Source of the DNA: Alphaproteobacteria bacterium
Lineage (GTDB): Bacteria; Pseudomonadota; Alphaproteobacteria; Rs-D84
NCBI GenBank assembly: GCA_031549365.1
Contig: JAVBPX010000001.1
Span: 130,417-194,416, forward strand
Reading direction: 5' to 3'
DNA: 64,000 nucleotides
The position numbers were made by a program, and so were the translations under genes. Of this stretch, positions 1 to 9,050 are shown piece after piece; within the stretch, counting starts at the first letter, position 1, and the number at the start of each line of letters is the position of its first letter. A model generated the notes under the pieces. It searched no databases. It was not told the DNA's origin and saw nothing but the letters and a program-made list of their open reading frames with translations.

Positions 1-625
1 ATATTTTCCCGATCCGGATTTATTGCCATTGATATTAACATCTGAATATGTTGAAAATATTCGCAAATCCATGCCTGAATTACCGGCCGCTAAACGCAAC
101 CGTTTCATATCCGAATATGGGTTATCCGAATATGATGCAAACATTTTAACAATGGACATGAACACTGCCGAATGGTTTGAAAAATCCGTTAATGGAAATG
201 CGAAATCTGCAAAACCAATTGCAAATTGGATGATATCTGAATTATTTGCGCATTTAAATAAATCAAACGAAACATTATTGGATTGCCCGATTAAACCGGA
301 ACATTTATCCGAACTGGTTGAATTGATTTCAACGGATGTAATATCCGGCAAAATCGCCAAAACCGTATTTGCAAAAATGTTGGAAGGCGACGGCGAACCA
401 TCAAAAATCGTTGAAAAACACGGATTGAAACAGGTAACCGACACATCTGCAATTGATGCGGTCATTGATGAATTGATTGCATCAAACCCGGATTCTGTTT
501 CGGCATATAAAAACGGTAAAACCGCTTTAATCGGTTGGTTTGTTGGCCAAGTAATGCAAAAAACCGGCGGCCGCGCAAACCCTGGCGTTGTAAACCAATT
601 ATTAACCAAAAAACTGAATGGATAA
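1..625 (+). CDS. gatB: Asp-tRNA(Asn)/Glu-tRNA(Gln) amidotransferase subunit B, C-terminal part. The gene starts upstream of the window.
   Basis: Translation 23..625 matches the GatB C-terminal helical/YqeY-like tail ('AKRNRFISEYGLSEYDANILT', 'IGWFVGQVMQKTGGRANP'). The ORF is open to the window edge. Confidence 0.8.
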   Translation, partial: YFPDPDLLPLILTSEYVENIRKSMPELPAAKRNRFISEYGLSEYDANILTMDMNTAEWFEKSVNGNAKSAKPIANWMISELFAHLNKSNETLLDCPIKPEHLSELVELISTDVISGKIAKTVFAKMLEGDGEPSKIVEKHGLKQVTDTSAIDAVIDELIASNPDSVSAYKNGKTALIGWFVGQVMQKTGGRANPGVVNQLLTKKLNG

Positions 626-841
626 AATCATGTATAAATTACACCAAGTATTACGTAAATTGTTTCCAAATGCCCCTGTTGCATTTTTCCTTTTTCCACA
701 AAACAAACGTTTGGAAAAAAGAAACAACAGCAAACAACTATCAAACAAAACAAATACTGTTTTAAAATTTCACAATCGCACACATCAAAACCGCAGCGGG
801 AAATAAATTGATTCTAAAACAGGTAAAAATTAAAAAATAAA

Positions 842-2161
842 ATGTCCAAGCCATCAACATTTTTTCTGCAAACTTTTGGATGCCAAATGAATGTGTATGA
901 TGGCAAACGCATATCATCAATGTTGATCCAACACGGATTAAAACATGTTGAAAATGCAGCGGATGCGGATGTCATCATTTTAAATACTTGTTCTGTCCGG
1001 GAAAAGGCATCGGAAAAAATATTTTCAGCACTCGGCCGATTGGAAAAAATAAAATCAAAACGACAGAAATTAACAAAAAGGCCGGTAATTATGGGTATTG
1101 TCGGCTGCGTCGCACGCGAATCCGGCGCGAATGCCTTTCGCCGCCAACGGGCACTAAATTTTGTTTTGGGCCCCCAGAGCTATCATAAATTACCCGAAAT
1201 ATTATTGGATCCCGAAACACCATATTTGGATATTGATTTATCAGGGTTGGAAAAATTTAATGCCCTGCCCGCCGTTCACGAAAGCACGGCTGTTGGTTAT
1301 GTCCCGATCCAAGAAGGTTGCGACCACGTATGCACGTATTGCATTGTTCCATACACTCGCGGCCGCGAATTATCACGCGATATGATGGATATAATGGCCG
1401 AGATTGAACACCTGGCCCACCTGGGCGCAATGGAAATTTGTTTTTTGGGACAAAATGTAAATGGGTATCGCGGGCCAAACGGAAAAACATTGGCCGATTT
1501 AATTCGTGAAACTGCAAAAATACCAGCAATTAAACGAATTTGGTATACATCATCATATCCAACCGAAATGACGGATGAATTGATTGCAATGCACGGGACT
1601 GAACCAAAATTGTTACCAATTGTCCATTTGCCGCTTCAATCTGGGTCGCCCGCCGTTTTAAAACGAATGAACCGTCCGTACGATTTAAATCAATACATAT
1701 CAATTATTGAAAAATTACGCGCTGCACGATCCGATTTACAAATTTCATCCGATTTTATTGTTGGATTTCCTGGGGAAACGGACGACGATTTTAATGAAAC
1801 TGTAAATATCGTTAATAAAATTGGATACATAAATTCGTTCAGTTTTAAATATTCCAAACGTCCGCATACTGCTGCGGCATTAATGATGGATCAAATTCCT
1901 GAAAATATAAAATCGGTTCGTCTAAAAACATTGGACGGGATTTTAAACGAACAACAACGCGCTTTTAATCAATCATTAATTGGAAAAACTTTTTCATGTT
2001 TAATTGATCAAAACGGCAAACTTCCGAACCAAGTTATTGCCCGCACACCATACATGCAGCCCGTGATTTTGGATAATGCGAAACATTTAATGGGCAAATT
2101 GGTTAACGTTAAAATCACATCCGGAAACAAGAGTGCGTTAAGGGGGGATATCATAGAATGA
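842..2161 (+). CDS. miaB: tRNA-i6A37 methylthiotransferase MiaB (radical SAM)
   Basis: 439 aa. N-terminal MTTase domain 'FLQTFGCQMNVYD'. Radical SAM CxxxCxxC motif 'CDHVCTYCIVPY'. C-terminal TRAM-like region. Stop overlaps the next start (ATGA at 2158-2161). Confidence 0.9.
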   Translation: MSKPSTFFLQTFGCQMNVYDGKRISSMLIQHGLKHVENAADADVIILNTCSVREKASEKIFSALGRLEKIKSKRQKLTKRPVIMGIVGCVARESGANAFRRQRALNFVLGPQSYHKLPEILLDPETPYLDIDLSGLEKFNALPAVHESTAVGYVPIQEGCDHVCTYCIVPYTRGRELSRDMMDIMAEIEHLAHLGAMEICFLGQNVNGYRGPNGKTLADLIRETAKIPAIKRIWYTSSYPTEMTDELIAMHGTEPKLLPIVHLPLQSGSPAVLKRMNRPYDLNQYISIIEKLRAARSDLQISSDFIVGFPGETDDDFNETVNIVNKIGYINSFSFKYSKRPHTAAALMMDQIPENIKSVRLKTLDGILNEQQRAFNQSLIGKTFSCLIDQNGKLPNQVIARTPYMQPVILDNAKHLMGKLVNVKITSGNKSALRGDIIE

Positions 2162-4164
2162 CAACAACACACATAACAATAAATGACACTCGCTGGAAAA
2201 ACGCCAAACTTGATTTTGGCACAATTGTTAATCAAACGTTAAAGTATATGGGGCATAAAAAACCCGGGGCCGAGGTTTCAATCCTACTTACCAATGATTC
2301 CGAAATCCAAAAATTAAATTCTGAATATCGCGGCAAAAACAAACCAACAAACGTATTATCATTTGAAACTGGTGATGATATGATGCTGGGCGATATTGTA
2401 TTATCATATGATACAGTTGAACGCGAATCTATATCTGAACACAAATCTTTTAAAAATCATGCGACTCATCTAATTATCCACGGGGTATTACATTTATTGG
2501 GTTACGATCATATTGATGAAAATCAAGCCAATGAAATGGAGGGGTTGGAACAAAAAATCCTTAATACCATGAAAATTGCTGACCCGTATTCTGATAAACA
2601 CCGCAAATTGCCAAAATGGTTGCGCGGTTCATTATTATCATTTGGATTAATGTTGCTGGGTGCATTTACATCCCTTGGGTTTGCTCCAACAAATTTTATT
2701 TGGGCGTCGATTATCGGAATGATTGTTTATTACATTGTAATTTTTCCAAAACACGGATTTATAAATGGAATGAAAACCGGCTTTTGGTTTGGCGCAGGAT
2801 ACGCATTAACCATGTTATCATGGATGACATCATCATTTTTTGTTGACGCAACGGCGGCTGCAACATTTGGTCCATTATTACCACTGGCGTTAATGGGGAT
2901 TGGAATTGGTGGCGGAATTATATTTGGATTGCCTGCGGCACTGACAGCTATGACGCGCGAAACATCCTGGCGACATGCCGTGTTTTTTGCAACATTTTCA
3001 ACATTAATATTATGGGCCCGCGGTTGGATTCTTACTGGATTTCCCTGGAACCCGTTCGGCTTGGTTTTAATGCCATATGCAGCGATCGCAAATTCAATGT
3101 CTTTGATTGGATCATTGGGGCTTTCATTTTTGTTGATCGGTTTGTGTTCAGCAATTGGATTTATAATCGCCAAACGCATATATAAAATACCAGCCCGCAC
3201 AATGGATCAATTAATGGTATCTGTGTTTGCAATATTATTGTTTGCTTGTTCTTGCTATGGGGCATACCGCTTGAATATGGAATTACCAAAACCAATTGCA
3301 AATGTCCGTTTGGTCCAGGCCGCAATCCCACAACAATTCAAATGGGACCCAGAAATGGCAACTGATCACGTAAATAAACACATCATGCTGTCGAATTTAC
3401 CATCAAAAAATCATTTGGATGCCATAATTTGGCCGGAAAGCGCATATCCATTCGTACAATCAAAACCGGTCTTTTTGCCCGCTACCCAAACAAAAATGCG
3501 TGATAATATTTTAATCAGTGGCGCAATATTAAAATCAGATTCAAATTACTATAACGGATTAATTGTTGCGAACACATCTGGCAATATTATCCAAACATAT
3601 CAAAAACATCACTTGGTCCCATTTGGAGAATATAATCCATTTGAAATTATTGGGATGGGCGCATTGGTTCCAATGCCCGGGTCTTTTGGTTCAGGGAATG
3701 GTGTTAAGACGATTGAAACACCAACCTTTTCATTTGCCCCAGCAATCTGCTATGAAATAATTTTTTCAGGCGGAGTTATTGGCGATATAAAACCAAAAAT
3801 GATTTTAAACATCACAAATGATGGTTGGTTTGGAACAACGTCTGGGCCATACCAACATTTAAACTTGGCCATTGCACATGCAATTGAAACTGGAACTTCG
3901 GTTACACGTGTATCATATTCGGGAATATCCGCTGTAATTGATCCTGTTGGATATTTGGTAAACGGAGAACGTACAACCATCACCGACAGCGTAATTTCAA
4001 ACGATGTATCAAACAATATCCCACTACAACAAATGGGCGTGTTGGATGTTTATGTGCCGGGACCAATGTATGCACCGTATTTATGGGTCGGCCCACATAA
4101 AATGATGATATTGATTTTGTTATTGGTATTAATTACGACAAAAATTCGATTTAATCGGAAATAA
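2158..4164 (+). CDS. lnt: In-frame fusion ORF of endoribonuclease YbeY (N-terminal ~140 aa) and apolipoprotein N-acyltransferase Lnt (C-terminal ~520 aa)
   Basis: The N-terminal part has the YbeY zinc motif 'HGVLHLLGYDH'. From 'LRGSLLSFGLMLLGAFTSLGFAP' onward the sequence is Lnt-like: multi-TM N-terminus, then a nitrilase-fold domain with 'WPESAYPF' and 'ICYEIIF'. There is no stop codon between the two parts. Confidence 0.75.
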   Translation: MTTTHITINDTRWKNAKLDFGTIVNQTLKYMGHKKPGAEVSILLTNDSEIQKLNSEYRGKNKPTNVLSFETGDDMMLGDIVLSYDTVERESISEHKSFKNHATHLIIHGVLHLLGYDHIDENQANEMEGLEQKILNTMKIADPYSDKHRKLPKWLRGSLLSFGLMLLGAFTSLGFAPTNFIWASIIGMIVYYIVIFPKHGFINGMKTGFWFGAGYALTMLSWMTSSFFVDATAAATFGPLLPLALMGIGIGGGIIFGLPAALTAMTRETSWRHAVFFATFSTLILWARGWILTGFPWNPFGLVLMPYAAIANSMSLIGSLGLSFLLIGLCSAIGFIIAKRIYKIPARTMDQLMVSVFAILLFACSCYGAYRLNMELPKPIANVRLVQAAIPQQFKWDPEMATDHVNKHIMLSNLPSKNHLDAIIWPESAYPFVQSKPVFLPATQTKMRDNILISGAILKSDSNYYNGLIVANTSGNIIQTYQKHHLVPFGEYNPFEIIGMGALVPMPGSFGSGNGVKTIETPTFSFAPAICYEIIFSGGVIGDIKPKMILNITNDGWFGTTSGPYQHLNLAIAHAIETGTSVTRVSYSGISAVIDPVGYLVNGERTTITDSVISNDVSNNIPLQQMGVLDVYVPGPMYAPYLWVGPHKMMILILLLVLITTKIRFNRK

Positions 4165-4552
4165 CTTTTTTCATATTAATGGCATCAACACCACTGTAAT
4201 ATCCGGGACGTCGCCCTATTTCAACAAAACCTGTTTTTTTGTATAACGATATTGCGGCAATATTTTCAACACTGACTTCTAAAAAAATTGATTTAACTCC
4301 GGCTGATTTTAATTCTTTTTCCATCAATGCTAACATTGTTTCAGCGATCCCGCTTCGACGAGAATTCGGACGAACGGCAATTGTTAATAATTCAGCCTCG
4401 TCCAAAACACTCCGCCATACAATTAATCCATTGTCGGATGCCAAAATCTCGGCCCCAGATTTTTTTAATTCATCAAAATCCGTGGCGCACCAACCATGAT
4501 CCCCAAATGATTCACGATGTAAATCTTCCAATAATTTTATGAATTCTGACAT
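4151..4552 (-). CDS. rimI: GNAT acetyltransferase, probably ribosomal-protein-alanine N-acetyltransferase RimI
   Basis: 133 aa. GNAT acetyl-CoA motif 'RRSGIAETMLALMEKE'. Sits next to tsaB, as in the usual tsaB-rimI arrangement. Confidence 0.7.
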   Translation of the reverse strand: MSEFIKLLEDLHRESFGDHGWCATDFDELKKSGAEILASDNGLIVWRSVLDEAELLTIAVRPNSRRSGIAETMLALMEKELKSAGVKSIFLEVSVENIAAISLYKKTGFVEIGRRPGYYSGVDAINMKKVISD

Positions 4553-5112
4553 GTGTTCTTCTCGGCATAATGGGGGCGCAAATACATGGGAATAACATCT
4601 AAAACACCGGCTTTTTTGTCCATTGCCATGAAACCAAATTTCATATCTGTTGGAATTTTTGTAATGACTTTTAATTCTGTATTTTTAATCTCTTGGTCGG
4701 TCATAGTTGATGGTTCAATTAAAACCGAGCCGTCAGAATTAATTCCGGATACAAAAAAATCTTCGCGACCCGAATTAATTTTGAATAATGCGGCATGCCC
4801 CGAATTTTCGGCCGCCATCATATCGAATACTGATACCGGGACAACCGGGATGTTTAATCCCAACCCAACGCCCTTGGCAAATGCGATTGACAAACGAATG
4901 CCGGTAAAAGAGCCCGGCCCTACAACGACGCCAACTTGGGATAATTCCTTAAATTTAACATCTGCATCATGCAAAACGTCATCGGTCATTTTGATTAAAT
5001 CGACGGCTTGGCGTTCTGCTGTAAATTCACGTGCAAAAATCTGGCCTTTTGTTTCAACGGCCACACGAATATTTTGTGTTGATGTATCAATAAACAATCT
5101 CTTCATTGCCAT
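4537..5112 (-). CDS. tsaB: tRNA threonylcarbamoyladenosine biosynthesis protein TsaB (YeaZ)
   Basis: 191 aa. N-terminal 'KRLFIDTSTQNIRVAV' matches the Kae1/YeaZ family beginning, and the length fits the inactive TsaB paralog. Confidence 0.75.
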   Translation of the reverse strand: MAMKRLFIDTSTQNIRVAVETKGQIFAREFTAERQAVDLIKMTDDVLHDADVKFKELSQVGVVVGPGSFTGIRLSIAFAKGVGLGLNIPVVPVSVFDMMAAENSGHAALFKINSGREDFFVSGINSDGSVLIEPSTMTDQEIKNTELKVITKIPTDMKFGFMAMDKKAGVLDVIPMYLRPHYAEKNTCQNS

Positions 5113-5180
5113 ATAATGGCACAGCTTTTTTACTAAATCAAGGCCTTGATTTCAGGCCCCCATCGCGCTATTATCCGGAT

Positions 5181-6263
5181 ATGATAATAACATTAACATT
5201 GACCAATTTTCGAAATCACCCAACAACCCGCATTCGGGTTGATGGCGCGCGGCACATTGTATTAACCGGCGAAAATGGATCGGGTAAAACAAACGTGATC
5301 GAGGCTTTATCCTTGCTCGCCCCTGGCACAGGACTTCGTCGTGCAAATTTATCGGAAATTTCTACCTTTAATTCATCATCCGGATTCGGAGTCGTTGCAG
5401 AATTGTCAAATGGGACATTGGTTGCAACGGCATTATCAAATGATTCTGAAAAGCGTGTTGCTACAATTGATAAACAAACATCCGCAATATCCCATTTTCC
5501 AAATGTGATACGTTTGGTTTGGATAACCCCGCGCGAGGATCGACTGTTTAACGATTCAGTATCCGATCGTCGTTCATTTTTTGATCAATTAATAACAACA
5601 TTTGATCCTGCACATTCTGGCCGAATTTCCAGATTATCCAAATTACTAAACGAACGTGCATACGCATTAAAATGTGGGGGCGATTCAATTTGGCTGGACG
5701 GAATTGAAAAACATTTATCTGAAACATCCGCATCAATTGCAGCCGCACGCGTGATGTATGCATCCGAAATTAATCATTTTTTTGGTGACGCATCATCCCC
5801 ATTTGGCCAAAACGCATTGACTGTTTCCGGTTGGTTCGAGGATCGAATTATTAAAAATAAAACGTCAATTGAAATCGAATCTGAATATATTGAATACCTG
5901 CGAAATAACCGGTTTTTAACCAATGATAAACAAATAATTGATGGGCCGAATAAATCGGATATTGTGACTTGGAATATAACATTGGACCGCCCTGCACACC
6001 TGTGTTCCACCGGCCAGCAAAAGATGATTTTATTATCTTTGATTTTATCCCATGCAAAATTGGTCATGACAAAAACTGGATCTGCGCCCGTTATATTATT
6101 GGACGAAGTCGTCGCACATTTGGATCCAAACACGCGCGCATCTTTGTTTAACGCATTGAACCAATTGAATGGGCAAACCTGGATGACGGGCGTTGATCCC
6201 AATTTATTTTCGGGACTGGACGGTGCATTAATTTTAAACGTTAATAATGGTAAAATTTCTTAA
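5181..6263 (+). CDS. recF: DNA replication and repair protein RecF
   Basis: Walker A 'LTGENGSGKTNVIEA'. SMC-like signature region 'LCSTGQQKMILLSL'. Walker B 'ILLDEV'. The start is set at the ATG at 5181 ('MIITLTLTNF'), not the upstream in-frame extension in the ORF track. Confidence 0.85.
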   Translation: MIITLTLTNFRNHPTTRIRVDGARHIVLTGENGSGKTNVIEALSLLAPGTGLRRANLSEISTFNSSSGFGVVAELSNGTLVATALSNDSEKRVATIDKQTSAISHFPNVIRLVWITPREDRLFNDSVSDRRSFFDQLITTFDPAHSGRISRLSKLLNERAYALKCGGDSIWLDGIEKHLSETSASIAAARVMYASEINHFFGDASSPFGQNALTVSGWFEDRIIKNKTSIEIESEYIEYLRNNRFLTNDKQIIDGPNKSDIVTWNITLDRPAHLCSTGQQKMILLSLILSHAKLVMTKTGSAPVILLDEVVAHLDPNTRASLFNALNQLNGQTWMTGVDPNLFSGLDGALILNVNNGKIS

Positions 6264-6598
6264 TCACAAACTTTTTGCTTGGCCAAAAACGGTTCAATTT
6301 CATCTGTGATATACCGAACTATGTAATCATAAATCTCGGGGTTTCCACCGGTTGATAATGCCAATTTTTCAAATCCAGAACGCACATTTTCGGTTTCGAC
6401 CAAAAAATCAATTGGATGACAATCACGCTCTTGGAACTTTTCATATTTATGAATCAGATCTGCAAAAAATTTATTATGTTGCATTGCGCGTTCCAACGTT
6501 ACTTTTTCGGGAACACCATCGGCATATAAATTCGGAAAAACATATAAAACACCGGCAAATAAAACAAAAATCAGAATAAATTTAATGAAATCTTTCAT
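6260..6598 (-). CDS. Small secreted or membrane-anchored hypothetical protein
   Basis: 112 aa. Hydrophobic N-terminal signal/anchor 'FIKFILIFVLFAGVLYVF'. Lies directly downstream on the same strand as the large secreted protein gene. Confidence 0.45.
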   Translation of the reverse strand: MKDFIKFILIFVLFAGVLYVFPNLYADGVPEKVTLERAMQHNKFFADLIHKYEKFQERDCHPIDFLVETENVRSGFEKLALSTGGNPEIYDYIVRYITDEIEPFLAKQKVCD

Positions 6599-6670
6599 GA
6601 TGTACCCCTTTGATGGTTACATCATTTTAACATATATTAAAACTTAATTCAACCCATGGTTGCATAAATA

Positions 6671-8686
6671 TTATTGACCAAACTGCTTATTTTGCTGACT
6701 GGATTGGGTGGTCTTTTTGTTCAATTCATCTTGGATCGATGATAATTTCATAGACATATTTGCAATACATGTATTGGCCTGGTTTGCATCTTTTATTTCA
6801 CTCTCTGAACATCCACTGACGGCACCAACACCAGTTACCCTGTTTGTTGAATAACTGTTAATTGATGACGCTAATTTTGCCAATTGTTTACGCGCCTTGT
6901 CCGACACAGTTTTACCAGAAATCAAACTCTTTGATTGCGACAATTGGTTGTTGAAACAATACATTCTGTCTGTATCAGTTGATTTGATTAAACAATCTTC
7001 GGATGAAACCGATCCCGATGCACCGGATGCGGACGCCGTTAAATCTTCGCCGGATTCAACCCTGGCAATTGCTTTTTGTAACTGCATTTGGAAACGCATG
7101 GTGGTTGATTCCAAATAATTATATTGGCGCTGCATTTCACGTGTTAATAATGTAACCTTGGACGCGATCAAACGATTTAATTCGGCCTTGGACGCTTCGT
7201 CCGTCACAAACTTCGTATCCAAATCTGCGGAATTATAAACTGCGGTTGAACATAATGCATAATACGGATTAACAGAACCTTTGATCCAACCTTTGGTTGG
7301 ATCGAGATCAGATTCCAAAATCCATTGAATTCCCGCTGTTGATATCTTTGCCAAATCCTTGTCCAATTCGATCTGTGTTGATTGACATTTATTCTTCGCC
7401 TTTTCTATGTCTGTTTCATTTCCAGCCTTGGCTGTGACGGTTCCATCAACTGCTAAAACTTTGCGTAATTTTGAAATCGACACACCCTGATCATTATCCA
7501 TAATACCTTCGAAAAAGCCGGAATTCATTGCCGTATCCGATACACATTTAACAACCGTTTTACCAGTTTTATCGATGCTGGACATAAATTTATCTTCTAC
7601 TTCTTGGTTATCTGTGAACAAACGCAACAACTGATCGGGCTTACCATCTTCTGTTTGATACAATCCCCAAACTGAACATGAATTGGTCAACATACGATAA
7701 ATATCATTAACATCAACACCCAATGCCTGGGCTGAAATCAATGCTTTGTAAACTTCGCGGCGCGCATTATCATACGGATCAAAAAATGCTTCGGCCTTTT
7801 GCTTGAAGGCAGCCACGCGTTTTGGCCCGGTACAATTGTCCCCGGTTGCGTTACAACCTGCGTATGTAAATGCATCCTGCATTGCTTTACGCACAGTTGC
7901 CAATGATGCATTAATATTATCCAATTTTGTTAACAATTCGCCGGACGGCGTTGCACGCGCCAATAAATCAGATTGCGATACGCTGGTTTGTTGTTGGGCG
8001 GCTTGAGCCGCCAATACTTCTTGGACCTGTGATGCGGCTTGTTGTTGAGCCATCTGAACTTGCTGATTCATTTGTTCCATTTGTTGCTGCATCATGGCCA
8101 TTTGCTGATTTGTTTGGGCGGATATTGCTGCGGCTTCGGCCTGTTGTGCTTTGCCTGCGGAATCGGCAGCCAATGCGGCGGCAACCGCACTTGAAATTGT
8201 TGGAAATTGTTTACAGCCAAACGCTATACGACCGGATAACGATGACATGCAACCATCGGCAATGCCTGTTGCAACCCCGGAATCCCCACAACCACCGGAT
8301 TTACATTTTGGGGACGCACAACGCAAAACCATTCCATAACAATTATTATAATTTACGCCGTCCGCTTCCAAACAGCCCCGAACCATATCGGTGCAACGTT
8401 GGGACCCAGCCTTGATAATACCGTTTGCAAATGAATTCATATCCAATGTTGCTGCACATTGATCAAAATATTGATCGCATTGGGATGATGCCGTACGTCC
8501 ACCGGATGTTCCCGATGTCCACATTGCATTGTTTGCCCCGCCAAAATTGCTGGACGCTGATGTTAAATTTCCACCGCCACCAAAAATCGCAGGCGCTGGT
8601 CCCGTTACCGGGTTCGCAGCATACAACAAAACCGGGCATAATAACATCCCACAAAAAACTGCCAATAAACCGGTTTTTTTAACCAT
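6671..8686 (-). CDS. Large secreted Cys-rich, Gly/Ser/Gln-rich hypothetical protein
   Basis: 671 aa. Signal peptide 'MVKKTGLLAVFCGMLLCPVLLYAANPV'. Gly/Ser-rich tract near the N-terminus. More than 25 Cys. Gln/Ala-rich coiled-coil-like tract 'MAMMQQQMEQMNQQVQMAQQQAASQVQEVLAAQAAQQQ'. I recognise no known catalytic motif. Confidence 0.6.
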   Translation of the reverse strand: MVKKTGLLAVFCGMLLCPVLLYAANPVTGPAPAIFGGGGNLTSASSNFGGANNAMWTSGTSGGRTASSQCDQYFDQCAATLDMNSFANGIIKAGSQRCTDMVRGCLEADGVNYNNCYGMVLRCASPKCKSGGCGDSGVATGIADGCMSSLSGRIAFGCKQFPTISSAVAAALAADSAGKAQQAEAAAISAQTNQQMAMMQQQMEQMNQQVQMAQQQAASQVQEVLAAQAAQQQTSVSQSDLLARATPSGELLTKLDNINASLATVRKAMQDAFTYAGCNATGDNCTGPKRVAAFKQKAEAFFDPYDNARREVYKALISAQALGVDVNDIYRMLTNSCSVWGLYQTEDGKPDQLLRLFTDNQEVEDKFMSSIDKTGKTVVKCVSDTAMNSGFFEGIMDNDQGVSISKLRKVLAVDGTVTAKAGNETDIEKAKNKCQSTQIELDKDLAKISTAGIQWILESDLDPTKGWIKGSVNPYYALCSTAVYNSADLDTKFVTDEASKAELNRLIASKVTLLTREMQRQYNYLESTTMRFQMQLQKAIARVESGEDLTASASGASGSVSSEDCLIKSTDTDRMYCFNNQLSQSKSLISGKTVSDKARKQLAKLASSINSYSTNRVTGVGAVSGCSESEIKDANQANTCIANMSMKLSSIQDELNKKTTQSSQQNKQFGQ

Positions 8687-8941
8687 TCCCTGTCCCTTAT
8701 CCTCTTATGCTTAATATTCTATCACATTTTTCATAAACCCCGCAACCAATATTTGTTATAAAAACATCAAGCCACATGTTAATTTCAGAACAATTAAAAA
8801 TTGTTTCCAAAATTAACATCAACAACAAAAATTTATGAACAAATATGTAAAATTTCATCTGGCCGCTGCCAATCAATTCGCGACCCAAATTGTCATCACT
8901 CGGCGGCTATGGGCCCGCGGCAATTTTTACGATTGAAAAAC

Positions 8942-8970
8942 CATCCTGGAAAATCAAAGATTTTTTGCAT
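8942..8970. repeat. Degenerate copy (5' arm only) of the dispersed palindromic repeat/terminator family
   Basis: 'catcctggaaaatcaaagatttt' shares 'ggaaaatcaaagatttt' with the copy at 11067-11112. It lies just downstream of the thrS stop. Confidence 0.3.
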
Positions 8971-9050
8971 AAAAAAATAAAACCCAGGGAAATATTAAAT
9001 TTTCTCTGGGTTTTATTCGTATAACAACAATAAAATTATTATAAAATATT

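Noticed and set aside
625-841. CA-rich low-complexity tract ('caaacaa' repeats) between gatB and miaB.
   Set aside because: It is simple-sequence bias in an intergenic spacer, with no inverted repeats or conserved boxes. It probably holds just the miaB promoter.
2730-3200. 156-aa ORF antisense to lnt. Similar antisense ORFs include 4586-5116, 7927-8415, 32610-32792, 40700-40996, 41451-41876, 43555-43933, 50210-50392 and 51442-51975.
   Set aside because: They lie entirely inside well-supported genes on the opposite strand, have no motifs, and have odd composition (for example poly-Val/Ala from antisense of Thr/Ala tracts). They are frame-shadow artefacts.
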